Shown here: positions 30,053 to 40,221 of the stretch, piece by piece
How positions within the stretch are numbered: the stretch's first letter is position 1
Layout: every line of letters starts with the position of its first letter
Assembly (NCBI GenBank): GCA_052390235.1
Contig: JBQTHB010000004.1
Location: forward strand, 70,986-134,985
Reading direction: 5' to 3'
Source: Deltaproteobacteria bacterium
GTDB taxonomy: Bacteria; Desulfobacterota_D; UBA1144; Nemesobacterales; CSP1-2
DNA: 64,000 nucleotides
Notes under the pieces: generated by a model
Seen by the model: only the letters and a program-made list of their open reading frames with translations
The model's database searches: none
What the model was told of the DNA's origin: nothing
Translations under genes and position numbers: made by a program

Positions 30053-30436
30053 TTACACCCTGCCGTATCTGTCTTCCAGTCTCACCACGTCTTCGACTTC
30101 AGGGGTGGACACCTCGAAAACCTCGCAGTCTTCCAATGCGGTGAGGCGGTGGCGGGTAAGGGGGGTGATTCGCACGGCGTCTCCGGGCTTAACGGTTATG
30201 GTCTTGCGGTTTTGTTCGGCTTCCTCGATTTCAACGAGCATGGATCCGCTCTTGAGATAAAAAGTCTCGTCCTTGACGTGGTGATACTGAAAACTGAGGC
30301 AGTGTCCCTTGCGGATGTGCAGGATTTTGCCCACATATTTATCGGTAATCGCCCACCAAATCTCGTATCCCCAGGGTTTGGGGACGGTTTTCATGGAGCC
30401 GTTGCCATTTCGGTTATCGTTATCGTTTGAGGTCAT
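30053..30436 (-). CDS. Cupin-domain protein (mannose-6-phosphate isomerase type II-like)
   Basis: KPWGYE, LSFQYHHVKDETFY, RHRLTA and EVSTPEVEDVVRLEDRYGR. Confidence 0.85.
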   Translation of the reverse strand: MTSNDNDNRNGNGSMKTVPKPWGYEIWWAITDKYVGKILHIRKGHCLSFQYHHVKDETFYLKSGSMLVEIEEAEQNRKTITVKPGDAVRITPLTRHRLTALEDCEVFEVSTPEVEDVVRLEDRYGRV

Positions 30437-30476
30437 TTATTCCTAGCCAGCCGTTTTGGTGTGTTATCGAGCGGGG

Positions 30477-30908
30477 TTAAAAGGGGACGTCGTCGTCGGA
30501 GGTGAAAGCCTCGTCCGAGATGTCGAAATCGTCCGGGCTTTTTGCGCTTTTATCGGAGCCGGATTGTGGTTTATCGCTCCCTCCGCCTAGCATCTGCATA
30601 TTTCTCGCAACTATCTCGGTAGTCCATCGCTTTGCGCCCTCTTTATCTTCCCAAGAGCGGGTTCTGATAGCGCCCTCGATATAGACGCTTTTTCCCTTTG
30701 TGAGGTATTCTCCGCAGATTTCGGCGAGTTTTCCCCATGCCACTACCCTGTGCCACTCGGTAATGTCTTCTCTCTGTCCGTCCTTGCCCATGCGAGACTC
30801 GGTTGTGGCGATGGTGAAATTCGCTACGGCTTGACCGCCGGAGGTGTAGCGGATTTCTGGGTCTCTGCCTAAATTGCCGATGAGTATGGCCTTGTTCACT
30901 CCTCTCAT
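30477..30908 (-). CDS. ssb: Single-stranded DNA-binding protein
   Basis: [22 protein letters not shown] and acidic tail DDDVPF. Confidence 0.98.
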   Translation of the reverse strand: MRGVNKAILIGNLGRDPEIRYTSGGQAVANFTIATTESRMGKDGQREDITEWHRVVAWGKLAEICGEYLTKGKSVYIEGAIRTRSWEDKEGAKRWTTEIVARNMQMLGGGSDKPQSGSDKSAKSPDDFDISDEAFTSDDDVPF

Positions 30909-31040
30909 TTTAACCCCTCCCCGGATATTCTCAGATGTACTCGATGGCGGAATTCTATCACTATAATCGTTTAAAATCCAGAAAAAAGTCCAAAACCGCG
31001 CGACAAAAACTTACATAACGCCGAAATTGCAAAAATCTCC

Positions 31041-31649
31041 CTAAAAAACGTGCCGCGCCGCCGATAGGAATCTATATAATATTCTGCCCGTCATTCCCCA
31101 AATTACGTAATTCCCATAGCGATAGACGTGGTCCTCGATTCTCTCGCCGTGCCTATCGAGAAATCTCGCCTCGTGGTTTCTCTCATCCGAGAGGTGCAGC
31201 ACGGGAATCCAAACGAAATCCGCTACCTCCGCCTCGTTGGGTTTTATCTCCGCCGCCTCGGTCAGAAGGGCGAGATAGGGCGTAACAATATAGTGGCTTG
31301 CCTGCGGGTTTACGGGCCTGAATTCCTCAAGCTCTCCTAGAATTCTGCCGCTTTGCCGGATGTTCACTCCGGTCTCTTCGAGAGTCTCACGCAGGGCCGT
31401 GTCCTCCAGACTGCCGTCTTCGAGCTTTATCTTTCCCCCCGGAAACGCCATGTGTCCTGAGAAAACGTCCCCGGCACTCTCTGGTCTCTTGATGAAGAGC
31501 ATCGAGAACTTGCCCCCCTCTTCCCGCAGTATCAGCATGACGGCGGCATAGACAAAACCGCCCGCCCGCTCCGGCCCGGAGGCGGCTCTGCTAGATGCTA
31601 TTATCTTTTCAATTTGCGTGATGAAGTGGCGGCGCTGCGCGTCTTCCAT
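31041..31649 (-). CDS. NUDIX hydrolase, CoA pyrophosphatase subfamily
   Basis: AAVMLIL, SGHMAFPGG, TALRETLEETG and IWGMTG. Confidence 0.88.
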   Translation of the reverse strand: MEDAQRRHFITQIEKIIASSRAASGPERAGGFVYAAVMLILREEGGKFSMLFIKRPESAGDVFSGHMAFPGGKIKLEDGSLEDTALRETLEETGVNIRQSGRILGELEEFRPVNPQASHYIVTPYLALLTEAAEIKPNEAEVADFVWIPVLHLSDERNHEARFLDRHGERIEDHVYRYGNYVIWGMTGRILYRFLSAARHVF

Positions 31650-31741
31650 GTGCTTAAGCCCATGAGGGGCAATATCCCCCCCCGCTTCTACGGCAGCTCG
31701 CTGTAAATCGCAGCGCCCTCTGTCCGCTGGACGGCACGGGA

Positions 31742-32773
31742 TTAATTTGCAGCGGTTTCTCGTCTGATGAAAATTCTCGCTCCCGGCGCGCTCCCCGGCT
31801 GGATTGGGATAAAATACGCCCTGCGGTTGAGCTGATACGCCTGCTCTGTCGCTCCCTCGGCGAATCTCTCGGTCCGCCCCTTGCCTACAGCGGCGATTCT
31901 CTCCGCGCTGATGCCGAGTTTCACCAAGTAGTCGCGCGCGGCGTCTGCTCTTCTCTGGGCTAGGTTTAGGTTGTATTCGTCCGTTCCCCTGATGTCGGCG
32001 TACCCCTCGATGATTATTGAGATTTCGGGATTTTCCCTCAGAATGTCAAAATTCTCGGCAAGCACAGATTCGGCGTCGGCTCTAATGCTGAAGCGGTCGT
32101 AGTCGAAGTATATATCCGCGAGCCGGTATTCATACTCAACTGGAGCAGGCGGCGGAGGGGGAAATTCGGCAGGCGCGGGGGCCTCGGCTTGCATCTGGGA
32201 TAACTTTTTTTGCGCCGCTATGATGCTGTCAATTTGCTTAAAGAGGTTTTTCTCAAGCGAGCCGTTCGATTTTACCGCTCCGAGGTAGCCTATTTTATAG
32301 TCGTGATAGGGAAAAATTCTGTAGTCGGCTCTAATCGCCGTCTCGGCATCGGATACCGCGGTGAGTTTCAGGCACATCTGCTCTTTGGTAAACTGCGGAT
32401 TGGGGGGCGCGGGAGGAGGGGTGATTTTTTCATAATCCGATATGCGTCTCAGGTAGCTTTTCATCTTCGACCGCCCGATGTCTGAGTTCAGCGGCTCGGC
32501 GTAAACCCTCTCATAATTTGCAAACGATGGGTTATATACATAGGACGAGGCAAGCGCTATTGTCCCGCTGGCTTTATCGGCTGACTCCACCTTCCAGCCT
32601 ATTCCCTCAATCGCCAAAAGCGCCGCCGTCCATGCGTCGTCGTAGGAGTGGCTAATAACGGCGGGCTTGCCCTGATGAACACCTCTGGGCGGCTCAACCG
32701 GAGTCCTCCCCACGCACCCGGCTAGGAGCGATAGAGCAAACGCAATATAAAAAAGCCTTGTTGAATTTATCAT
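31742..32773 (-). CDS. Lipoprotein with C-terminal OmpA/Pal peptidoglycan-binding domain
   Basis: Lipobox LAGC; IYFDYD, EGYADIRGTDEYNLNLAQRRA and NRRA. Confidence 0.88.
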   Translation of the reverse strand: MINSTRLFYIAFALSLLAGCVGRTPVEPPRGVHQGKPAVISHSYDDAWTAALLAIEGIGWKVESADKASGTIALASSYVYNPSFANYERVYAEPLNSDIGRSKMKSYLRRISDYEKITPPPAPPNPQFTKEQMCLKLTAVSDAETAIRADYRIFPYHDYKIGYLGAVKSNGSLEKNLFKQIDSIIAAQKKLSQMQAEAPAPAEFPPPPPAPVEYEYRLADIYFDYDRFSIRADAESVLAENFDILRENPEISIIIEGYADIRGTDEYNLNLAQRRADAARDYLVKLGISAERIAAVGKGRTERFAEGATEQAYQLNRRAYFIPIQPGSAPGARIFIRRETAAN

Positions 32774-32800
32774 GGGCGACCGTCCCTTGTTTTTTAGAAA

Positions 32801-33139
32801 CTAATAATAGGTGCAAGACCTCGCCAACTCTCTGTCCGCCGCCGATTGATAAATCCAAACGCAGAACGGTTGCTTAAGAGCGGTGCGCCCCCTCTCGGCA
32901 AGTATATCTCCGAGCCTCTGGGCTTTGTCCGCTTTCGCCGGAGACCCTAGGGCTTTGGCGGAGGCATACACTTTAAGCGTGATGGCGGATTCCCACTCCG
33001 CGCCGACTACCCCGGGGAGCCCTTTGATAATGGCGGTGAAGTGCTTCTGGGAGGGCGTCATAGCATATTCGCTTGCATAAGAGCCGGTAGCGAATCCCAG
33101 CAGAGCGCCAAGCGCCGATACTAATATCAATACTCTCAT
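32801..33139 (-). CDS. Hypothetical secreted protein
   Basis: AGGAGG SD; signal peptide MRVLILVSALGALLGFATGSYA; two C-terminal Cys. Confidence 0.65.
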   Translation of the reverse strand: MRVLILVSALGALLGFATGSYASEYAMTPSQKHFTAIIKGLPGVVGAEWESAITLKVYASAKALGSPAKADKAQRLGDILAERGRTALKQPFCVWIYQSAADRELARSCTYY

Positions 33140-33324
33140 AATTTCCTGTTCCCTCCTGCCGATGAAAATATACGGATTTATAACATCATACAATAATAAA
33201 TCTACAGCCCCAAATTAAATTTCCAAAGCCCTGAAATCCCCCTCCTCCGCCTTGATTTACGCCATAATTTAAAGCGTAGTATATAATTAGCCCAAATGAA
33301 TCAAATAGGAGGAGACCAAGCGCG

Positions 33325-34359
33325 ATGTTTATCCTAGACGGCGGGCGCAGAGTCGTTGTGCCGAGATGTGAACTCACCTATCCGGGGCATAATTTAAAAT
33401 TTCATCAAAACGCGGCAGACCCGCTGAAATCCCCCGTTGACCACGTTATGGCTGACCTCGAAGACGCCTGCCCCTATGAATTCAAAGGCGACCGAAGCCG
33501 CGAGGTACTCGTCCGCGCCCTCGGCGACCTTAACTTCGGCGCAAAGGTCGTAACTGTGCGCCCGAATAACCTCCGCTCTGAGTTTTTTCACGGGGATATG
33601 GAAGCCGTGATGAGCGGGGCGGTTGATAAATTTCACGGCGTGGTGATTCCGAAGGTTGACTCGCCGGACGATATAAAGCTCGTCTCGGAGCTTTTAGATG
33701 GGCTTGAGGAGAAATACGGCTGGACGCGCCGAGTCGCAATTGAGGCTCTAATTGAGAGACCTCGCGCCCTTATCCGCGCCTATGAAATAGCGGTGGCGTC
33801 CCCAAGAATGGCCGGGCTTATATTTGGCATCGCCGACTACACAGCGGAACTCGGCTCGGATTCGGATTTATACTCAGACCGCGAGAACGAGATATTTTAT
33901 TACGAGAAAAAAGCCGTTATTACAGCCGCCAAAGCCGCCGGTATCCACGCCATTGATAACGTCTATTTCAGGCTCTGGAGAAGCGGGGACTCCCCTGAGA
34001 CTGTAGCCGCCGCGCAAGAGGGACTCAGGATGAAAAACCTAGGCTCGGCGGCGCTCGGAATGGACGGCACGTGGATAGTCCACCCCCAGCAGGCAGTAAT
34101 TGCCAATGCCTGCTATACGCCGTCTGCAAAGCAGATTGAGGAAGCGATGCGGCGGCTAGATTTCTATCACCGCATGGGGGGCGGCTCGATGTATGACCCC
34201 TCGACGGGCGAGATGATTGACGAGGCTACGGCTAAGGTCGCCCTCGCGCGGGTGTCGAAGGCGTATATGGCGGGGTTGGTCAGCCAGCAGTACGTTGACG
34301 CTATGGCGCAGAGGAGCAAATCCATCACTGGATACGACGTGAGGGGATTGGGTGGATAA
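33325..34359 (+). CDS. CitE/malyl-CoA lyase-like (HpcH/HpaI aldolase/citrate lyase) protein
   Basis: DLEDAC, TVRPN, VIPKV, ALIE, FGIADY, WIVHPQQ and MIDEA. Confidence 0.88.
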   Translation: MFILDGGRRVVVPRCELTYPGHNLKFHQNAADPLKSPVDHVMADLEDACPYEFKGDRSREVLVRALGDLNFGAKVVTVRPNNLRSEFFHGDMEAVMSGAVDKFHGVVIPKVDSPDDIKLVSELLDGLEEKYGWTRRVAIEALIERPRALIRAYEIAVASPRMAGLIFGIADYTAELGSDSDLYSDRENEIFYYEKKAVITAAKAAGIHAIDNVYFRLWRSGDSPETVAAAQEGLRMKNLGSAALGMDGTWIVHPQQAVIANACYTPSAKQIEEAMRRLDFYHRMGGGSMYDPSTGEMIDEATAKVALARVSKAYMAGLVSQQYVDAMAQRSKSITGYDVRGLGG

Positions 34360-34495
34360 TATAGTTTATAAATTATTGCCGCGAAATTTGCCATTTAATA
34401 AGCGTCTCATTATACGGCGAAATGGGAATAGACCCGGGGCAGGGTGGGGGGTAGATTCTCTCGCCCCGGGGACTGTCCATCGGTAATAGAAAAAT

Positions 34496-36352
34496 TTAGG
34501 GCATCGCCGAGATTCTGCCCTCGCCGCCTGCGGGGTAGTCAGCCGATGTGATGACCCCTCCCAAGCCGCCTTCAGCAGTCGAATCTACTATGAAATTAAA
34601 GAGCGCCTGCTGATAAACAACGCCGAGTGTCGTAAACAAAGCCCCTCTGAAGGGGTACATATCCCCGCCGCGCGCCGAAAAGTCATTTGTTGCGATATTT
34701 ATCGGCTCGCCGGGAACAACCGCTCCGTTCTCCACTATGACAGCGCCGGAGTCGAGAATAATACTCCTAACCCTTGCCCCAGGGGTTACAACATTTAGAT
34801 TTGCGTCCAGCGTCTGTGCCGTACCCGCGGGGTTGTAAACCAATCTGAAGCCTGAGATTTGAGCGAAACGCCCGTCTGAGGCGGGAATCTGCGATACGGC
34901 ATTTTCCATGATTTCTTTAAACTGCGCCCTTGGAATGCCAGGAACTATGCAGACGAAATTGGCGAATGGGAAGATGTCGAAGGTGCTCAGTTCTGTGATA
35001 TTGCCTGCCGGTATGAGACTATTATTTCTAATTCCGCCGGAATTCTGTAGGGCGACGTCGGGAAGCGGCGCCCCGAATTGAGTGGCAAGCGCAGAAGCCT
35101 GATAAAATAGGGCGTCCGCGGTGAGGTTGCCCAGATTGGTTTCCATTGTCCTAATGCCGGGTGAGCGTCTGCCTTCAAGAGCCACTTCGCTAGTTGCAAT
35201 GACGTTAGCAGCTAACCCCTCGACGTAGTCCTTCACCGGCTCAACTACATTTGACTGTATAAACGGGTCCGGGGCGATGGCGTCGGGATGGTTCCCTCCG
35301 GCTACTCGCACGAGACCGCTTTTTGTGTCAACGTTCAATACCTCCCCCCTTGCGTTAAACGCGACGATTAACCTCCCGACATATCTATAATCCCCTGGCG
35401 TGGTTACAACCGCAATCCTATTGCCATCCGCTCCCGTTGCCATAACTGGGTACGAGCCGAAGGCGTTATTGAGGCTGTCTCCTGGGACTAATAAATCCCC
35501 CGGATCGGCCAACAGTTCGCTCCCTCCTCCGGCTATCATAATGTCCACCCCGCGGAGCAATCCGGCTAGAGCCAAATCCTCTTCAATTCCCTGAAGATGG
35601 CTAATTAGGATGATTTTATTCACCCCCTCGCGGCTTATGGCGCTTATTTGCTCCTGTACTGCCGCCGCAACGTCGTCCATCACGATGACGTTTCTAGGGC
35701 TTGAAATGAAAGGCAGCTCGGGAGTGGTAGCCCCCACTACGCCGAATCTCTCGCCTTTTTTTCTAATCACAGTCGCTTTAGTAATTATTCGATTGTCAGA
35801 GAGCGCTTCAAGCCCCGGCTCGTTGGAGAAATCGAGATTTGCCGATACGAACGGCGGGGGATTCTCGAATCCCAAGATGAAATTCTCTAGCGTGTCAGGA
35901 CCAAAATCGAACTCGTGATTGCCGAGGGCTAGGGCGTCATAGCCGATTCTGTTGAGCGCTATGGAGTCAAAAAACGGGACTCCTTGCTGGAGGCTCGCAT
36001 TAAATTCTGGCCCTGCAAGAAAGTTGTCCCCGGAATTGAGCGTTATTACGATTCGTTTTTTCGGTCCCCGTGAGGCTTCGGCTTCGTTTCTGAGCTTGTC
36101 AACCACGGAGGCAAATCTGGCAATGCCTCCGAAATCCGCAAGACCGGAGCCTGCGTTGATAATCTGGGATTCTCCGTCGTTGTTGTGGAGTATGGTCAAG
36201 GTCAGATCCACTCTGGTTTCAGCGCGAAAGTTGTTCGGATTAAGTAGCGCCCCGTTCTCGGCGTTGACAGAGGTCGCCCAAAAATATGGGACTATCGCGA
36301 ACACTGCAAATAACAAACTGTGTACGGCTCTGAGTTTTTTTTTCATATCCAC
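34496..36352 (-). CDS. Secreted 5'-nucleotidase (UshA-like metallophosphoesterase)
   Basis: Signal peptide; ILHNND, SGDNF and LGNHEFD; C-terminal domain ETNLGNLTADA, NSGGIR and GGDMY. Confidence 0.92.
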   Translation of the reverse strand: MDMKKKLRAVHSLLFAVFAIVPYFWATSVNAENGALLNPNNFRAETRVDLTLTILHNNDGESQIINAGSGLADFGGIARFASVVDKLRNEAEASRGPKKRIVITLNSGDNFLAGPEFNASLQQGVPFFDSIALNRIGYDALALGNHEFDFGPDTLENFILGFENPPPFVSANLDFSNEPGLEALSDNRIITKATVIRKKGERFGVVGATTPELPFISSPRNVIVMDDVAAAVQEQISAISREGVNKIILISHLQGIEEDLALAGLLRGVDIMIAGGGSELLADPGDLLVPGDSLNNAFGSYPVMATGADGNRIAVVTTPGDYRYVGRLIVAFNARGEVLNVDTKSGLVRVAGGNHPDAIAPDPFIQSNVVEPVKDYVEGLAANVIATSEVALEGRRSPGIRTMETNLGNLTADALFYQASALATQFGAPLPDVALQNSGGIRNNSLIPAGNITELSTFDIFPFANFVCIVPGIPRAQFKEIMENAVSQIPASDGRFAQISGFRLVYNPAGTAQTLDANLNVVTPGARVRSIILDSGAVIVENGAVVPGEPINIATNDFSARGGDMYPFRGALFTTLGVVYQQALFNFIVDSTAEGGLGGVITSADYPAGGEGRISAMP

Positions 36353-36384
36353 GCTCCCTCTCTGTTTGGATTTTGTATGCCCAA

Positions 36385-36440
36385 ACCCTAGTTCCTTCAG
36401 TTTAACGCTGGGTTAAGAGGGGCTTAATTCCCGGTTAAGA
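36385..36440 (-). promoter_or_regulatory. Pho-box-like promoter of the 5'-nucleotidase gene
   Basis: Minus strand TCTTAAC-N4-AATTAAG-N4-TCTTAAC-N4-CGTTAAA (11-bp period), then 10 nt, then -10 TAGGGT. Confidence 0.65.
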
Positions 36441-36478
36441 TGCGTATCTCCGAGCTACAAGTCTCGGCTCTGCCCTTC

Positions 36479-36534
36479 GTTTAACCGCCCTTTCATATCA
36501 CTTTCATCTTAAATTCATTCGGTTTCCTTATGGT
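36479..36534 (+). promoter_or_regulatory. Pho-box-like promoter of the extracellular nuclease gene
   Basis: GTTTAAC-N4-CTTTCAT-N4-CTTTCAT-N4-AATTCAT (11-bp period; compare E. coli CTGTCAT), then 10 nt, then -10 TATGGT. Confidence 0.7.
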
Positions 36535-36605
36535 TTGACTGCGGCCGAGTTGGTTTGTCGGTGTGCGCGTAAATCTCGGCAAATATCCCTTAGGAGGCGT
36601 AAACA

Positions 36606-39017
36606 ATGAAAACGAGTATTCTGTGGGGGCTTTTGTTAATTTCCCTCTCGCTCTCGAATCAATCTTTCGGGGCGACGGGCGACGACGCGCTTATCAACGA
36701 AGCGCTGGCGAGCCATACGGGGACGGATAATACTGAATATATCGAGATTTTCGGCGCCGCTGGCTTTTCCCTCGACGGCTTGAGCCTGATAGTAGTCGAG
36801 AGCGACGCTATCAGTAGCAACGGTGCAATTGATCGTCGTATTGACTTCGGAGCTTCGGACATTATAGGCTCGAACGGGTTTTTTCTCATCGGAAATCCGC
36901 TTGGGCTTGCCGCGAACTATGGCGTTACACCTAATATTGAAATTGGAAACGATTTTCTTGAGAATAGCAGTCTTACTGTCGCCCTGGTGGAGACCAGTAG
37001 CATCGTCGGAGCGTCGGTCTCGGGAGCAGAAATAGTCCTCGACACCGTAGCCATAACCGACGGCGGCCTCGAGGATTCATTCTTTTTCGGCGCCCCCGTA
37101 ATTGGCCCCGATGGCAGTTTCTTCCCTGCCGGGGTTAGGCGCGTTGCCGATGGAGTGGATACGGACGCGGCCACGGATTGGGTTATCGGCGATTTCAATC
37201 TGGGTAGCGCAAATACGCCGACCTCAGGCGATATGCTCCCTCCGCCTCCGCCCATCGCGGCTTCAATCATGGAGATTCAGGGCGAGGGGCATATCTCATC
37301 TCTGACAGGCGAAAATATCATAACGAGTGGAATAGTTACCGCTAAGGGGTTCAACGGATTTTATATGCAGGACGCCGCCGGAGACGGGAATATTAACACC
37401 TCAGACGGCATTTTTGTTCTGTCTGGAGCGTTAGTTATCGCGGGCGACGCGGTAATGGTTACTGGCATCGCGCAAGAGGACATCCCGGGGGGCGCGGCAA
37501 CCGGCAACCTCTCGACAACTAGAATTGTGGCCTCTGAGGTATCCATCACGGCGAGCGCGAATCCTCTGCCTGCTCCGGTGATTCTCGGCTCAAGCGGACG
37601 CATACCCCCCTCTGTTGACGTTATCAGCGACGACGAGACGGCAACTGCGATAAATCTCCAAAACCCGATGGACGCGGCGGCTAACCAGTTCGACCCTCAA
37701 AATGACGGAATTGACTTTTTCGAGAGCCTTGAAGGTATGCTCGTAACCGTACAAAGCCCTGTTGCGGTGTCGGCTACGCGCAGGTTTAGCTCGTTCAGTA
37801 GCGAGGTTTTTACATTGGTCAATAACGGCAGATTTGTCTCCCCCAGAAATGCGAGAACCAGAAGAGGGGGCATCAGTCTTCAGCCCGACCCCGATAACAT
37901 GGGCGACCAAAACCCGGAAAGAGTTCAGATTCAGTTCGATGGGACGATATTTCCCTTTGCCGTGCCTAGGATATCGGTGGGAGACGCGCTTTCGGACGTA
38001 ACCGGCGTGGTGGGGTACAGCTTCGGCAATTTTGAGGTAAACTCCACGCATCAGTTCAGCGTTACTCCCAGCGGCTTATCGCCAGAAACTACAAATCTCG
38101 CGCGCCTTACCAATAAAATTACAGTCGGAAGCTACAACACTCTTAACCTCAGCCCGGACCCCTCGGACGACAATCAAAGGCAAACCCTCGCATCGCAGAT
38201 AGTCAATAATCTGCGCTCTCCCGATATTCTAGGGCTTCAGGAAATTCAGGACAACAGCGGCGAGACAAACAACGGAGTCGTTGATGCCGACCTCACTTTG
38301 CAAGCCCTGATAGATGCCATTGTTGCCGCCGGAGGGCCAAGGTATGAATTCGTACAGGTCAATCCCGTGAATAACTCCTCAGGCGGGGTGCCGGGAGGGA
38401 ATATCAGAAACGCATTCCTCTATAATCCGGGCAGAGTGTCGGTGGTTGAGTTCAAATCTCTAGATTCATCCGAACTCGCCTCGGCGGGAGTATCTGACAG
38501 CGGCGCGTTTGCTGGTTCGAGAAACCCGTTATTGGGCAAGTTTGAGTTCAAAGGCAGGGAGATTATCGTAATCAACAACCATCTGTCCTCACGCTCCGGC
38601 TCTAGCCCAATTTTCGGGGCGATTCATCCGTTTATTCAAGCCGCCGAAGACCAGAGAGAATCTCAGACGCTCGCGCTAAACCAATATGTAAATTTCTTAA
38701 TTGACTCCGAAGGCGCGGTGAATGTCGCTGTTCTCGGAGACTTCAACACCTTTGAATTTACCGACGACCTGACGGATATTCTCACAGGAGCCGGCGCGAA
38801 TCAGATTCTGTTTAATATGATTGATGAAATCAGCGAGCCAGTTTACACCTTCATATTCGAGGGCAACTCCCAGGCGCTTGACCACTTGTTCGTTACAGAG
38901 CCGCTTCTCCAAGGGGGCAGGCTCGACATTGTTCACGTCAACGTGGATTTCCCAAATATTGACAACACCGTGGGGAGCGATCACGAACCGCTTGTGGGGA
39001 GATTTCAGCTTAAATAA
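36606..39017 (+). CDS. Secreted ExeM/NucH-like extracellular nuclease (lamin-tail + OB + EEP domains)
   Basis: Signal peptide; LINE...EYIEI lamin-tail start; IMEIQGEGH, GFYMQD, FESLEGMLV, GLQEIQD, GDFN, LDH and SDHEP. Confidence 0.9.
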   Translation: MKTSILWGLLLISLSLSNQSFGATGDDALINEALASHTGTDNTEYIEIFGAAGFSLDGLSLIVVESDAISSNGAIDRRIDFGASDIIGSNGFFLIGNPLGLAANYGVTPNIEIGNDFLENSSLTVALVETSSIVGASVSGAEIVLDTVAITDGGLEDSFFFGAPVIGPDGSFFPAGVRRVADGVDTDAATDWVIGDFNLGSANTPTSGDMLPPPPPIAASIMEIQGEGHISSLTGENIITSGIVTAKGFNGFYMQDAAGDGNINTSDGIFVLSGALVIAGDAVMVTGIAQEDIPGGAATGNLSTTRIVASEVSITASANPLPAPVILGSSGRIPPSVDVISDDETATAINLQNPMDAAANQFDPQNDGIDFFESLEGMLVTVQSPVAVSATRRFSSFSSEVFTLVNNGRFVSPRNARTRRGGISLQPDPDNMGDQNPERVQIQFDGTIFPFAVPRISVGDALSDVTGVVGYSFGNFEVNSTHQFSVTPSGLSPETTNLARLTNKITVGSYNTLNLSPDPSDDNQRQTLASQIVNNLRSPDILGLQEIQDNSGETNNGVVDADLTLQALIDAIVAAGGPRYEFVQVNPVNNSSGGVPGGNIRNAFLYNPGRVSVVEFKSLDSSELASAGVSDSGAFAGSRNPLLGKFEFKGREIIVINNHLSSRSGSSPIFGAIHPFIQAAEDQRESQTLALNQYVNFLIDSEGAVNVAVLGDFNTFEFTDDLTDILTGAGANQILFNMIDEISEPVYTFIFEGNSQALDHLFVTEPLLQGGRLDIVHVNVDFPNIDNTVGSDHEPLVGRFQLK

Positions 39018-39150
39018 ACCAACTGCGCAGTAGGGGCGGGAACTTCCAAAATTGCGGATAGTCCCTCCTCTCGCTAAGGGTTTGAGGATACAAATAGCGA
39101 CCTACGCGAATTGTACTTACTGATAAGCCCGCACTGCGCTTTAGAAATCC

Positions 39151-39435
39151 TCAATAATCATCGTCAATGTTTATTGTTGGGCTGTAGTCAATGTTGAACG
39201 CGCGCCGTGTCGGCTCGGAATCCAGTACCCAGTATCCGCCCTTGATGAATTTATTCACGAGGGCTACGGGCGGGCGAATAATAATACTGAGGAGTTTGAA
39301 GGGATGAATGGCATCGGCGGGGTCATAGACTGTTATCTCTTTTCCGCCGGAAGCCGCATGGGCAGCGGGGGCGAGGGCTGATGTTGCCACTGCCAGCGCA
39401 ATTAAAATTGAGAGGGTAAATTTCACTGTTTTCAT
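39151..39435 (-). CDS. Hypothetical exported protein
   Basis: AGGAGG SD; signal peptide ending AAHA. Confidence 0.7.
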   Translation of the reverse strand: MKTVKFTLSILIALAVATSALAPAAHAASGGKEITVYDPADAIHPFKLLSIIIRPPVALVNKFIKGGYWVLDSEPTRRAFNIDYSPTINIDDDY

Positions 39436-39586
39436 CCTCCTGTCTCAAGAATTAGCAACTATTATACATCTGGATTATAATTCTTGAAACGGGGCTTTGA
39501 AACTGTCCAGAAGAGTGCGGAGTTTAAATACACAGACCGTGGGATTTTTGATATTTCCAGCCGGTACTCTCGGAGGGTGAAAACAA

Positions 39587-40198
39587 ATGGAAGCGTTACT
39601 TAGCGTCTGCATTGGAGTGGGCTTGAGCGCGGCGTGCGGATTTCGCGTGTTTATGCCGCTTATGATAATGAGCGTCGCCTCGCTTACCGGAGACCTCAAG
39701 CTCGCAGAGGGGTTCGAGTGGATAGGCACTTACCCCGCGCTTGGGGCTTTTACCGTGGCCTCTTTTATTGAGATTTGCGCCTATTACATCCCTTGGCTCG
39801 ATAACCTGCTCGATACCATTGCCGTTCCCGCAGGCACTATCGCAGGCACTATCGCGATGGCGTCGTCAATTACCGAAATGAGTCCGATGCTCAGGTGGGC
39901 TGTCGCCGTGATAGTGGGCGGAGGGGTCGCCGGCACGATTCAGGGATTCACTGCCCTGACCCGTATCGCTTCCACCGCCGGAACTGGCGGACTGGCAAAT
40001 CCCCTCGTATCAACGCTCGAATCAGGAGGGGCTGTGGGAATGTCGGTTCTGGCAGTCATGCTTCCCGTTGGCGCGGCGGTTGTGGTTATCGCCGTTCTGT
40101 ACTTCGCGCTCAAGAAAATTCTCTCATGGCTCTTTAGAAAGAGAGAGGTCAAAATCCCCCCGCAGGAGAGCGAAACCACGTCCCCGTTTCTGAATTAA
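39587..40198 (+). CDS. DUF4126 family membrane protein
   Basis: GLSAACGFRVFMPL, YYIPWLDNLLDTIA and GGLANPLVSTLE. Confidence 0.88.
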   Translation: MEALLSVCIGVGLSAACGFRVFMPLMIMSVASLTGDLKLAEGFEWIGTYPALGAFTVASFIEICAYYIPWLDNLLDTIAVPAGTIAGTIAMASSITEMSPMLRWAVAVIVGGGVAGTIQGFTALTRIASTAGTGGLANPLVSTLESGGAVGMSVLAVMLPVGAAVVVIAVLYFALKKILSWLFRKREVKIPPQESETTSPFLN

Positions 40199-40221
40199 AA
40201 AGGTCGCTCGGAGCGGCGCGC

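Noticed and set aside
39024..39140. GTAGGGGCGGG...GCCCGCAC possible GTAG-type REP
   Set aside because: Single degenerate instance; it may just be a terminator-like inverted repeat between convergent genes.
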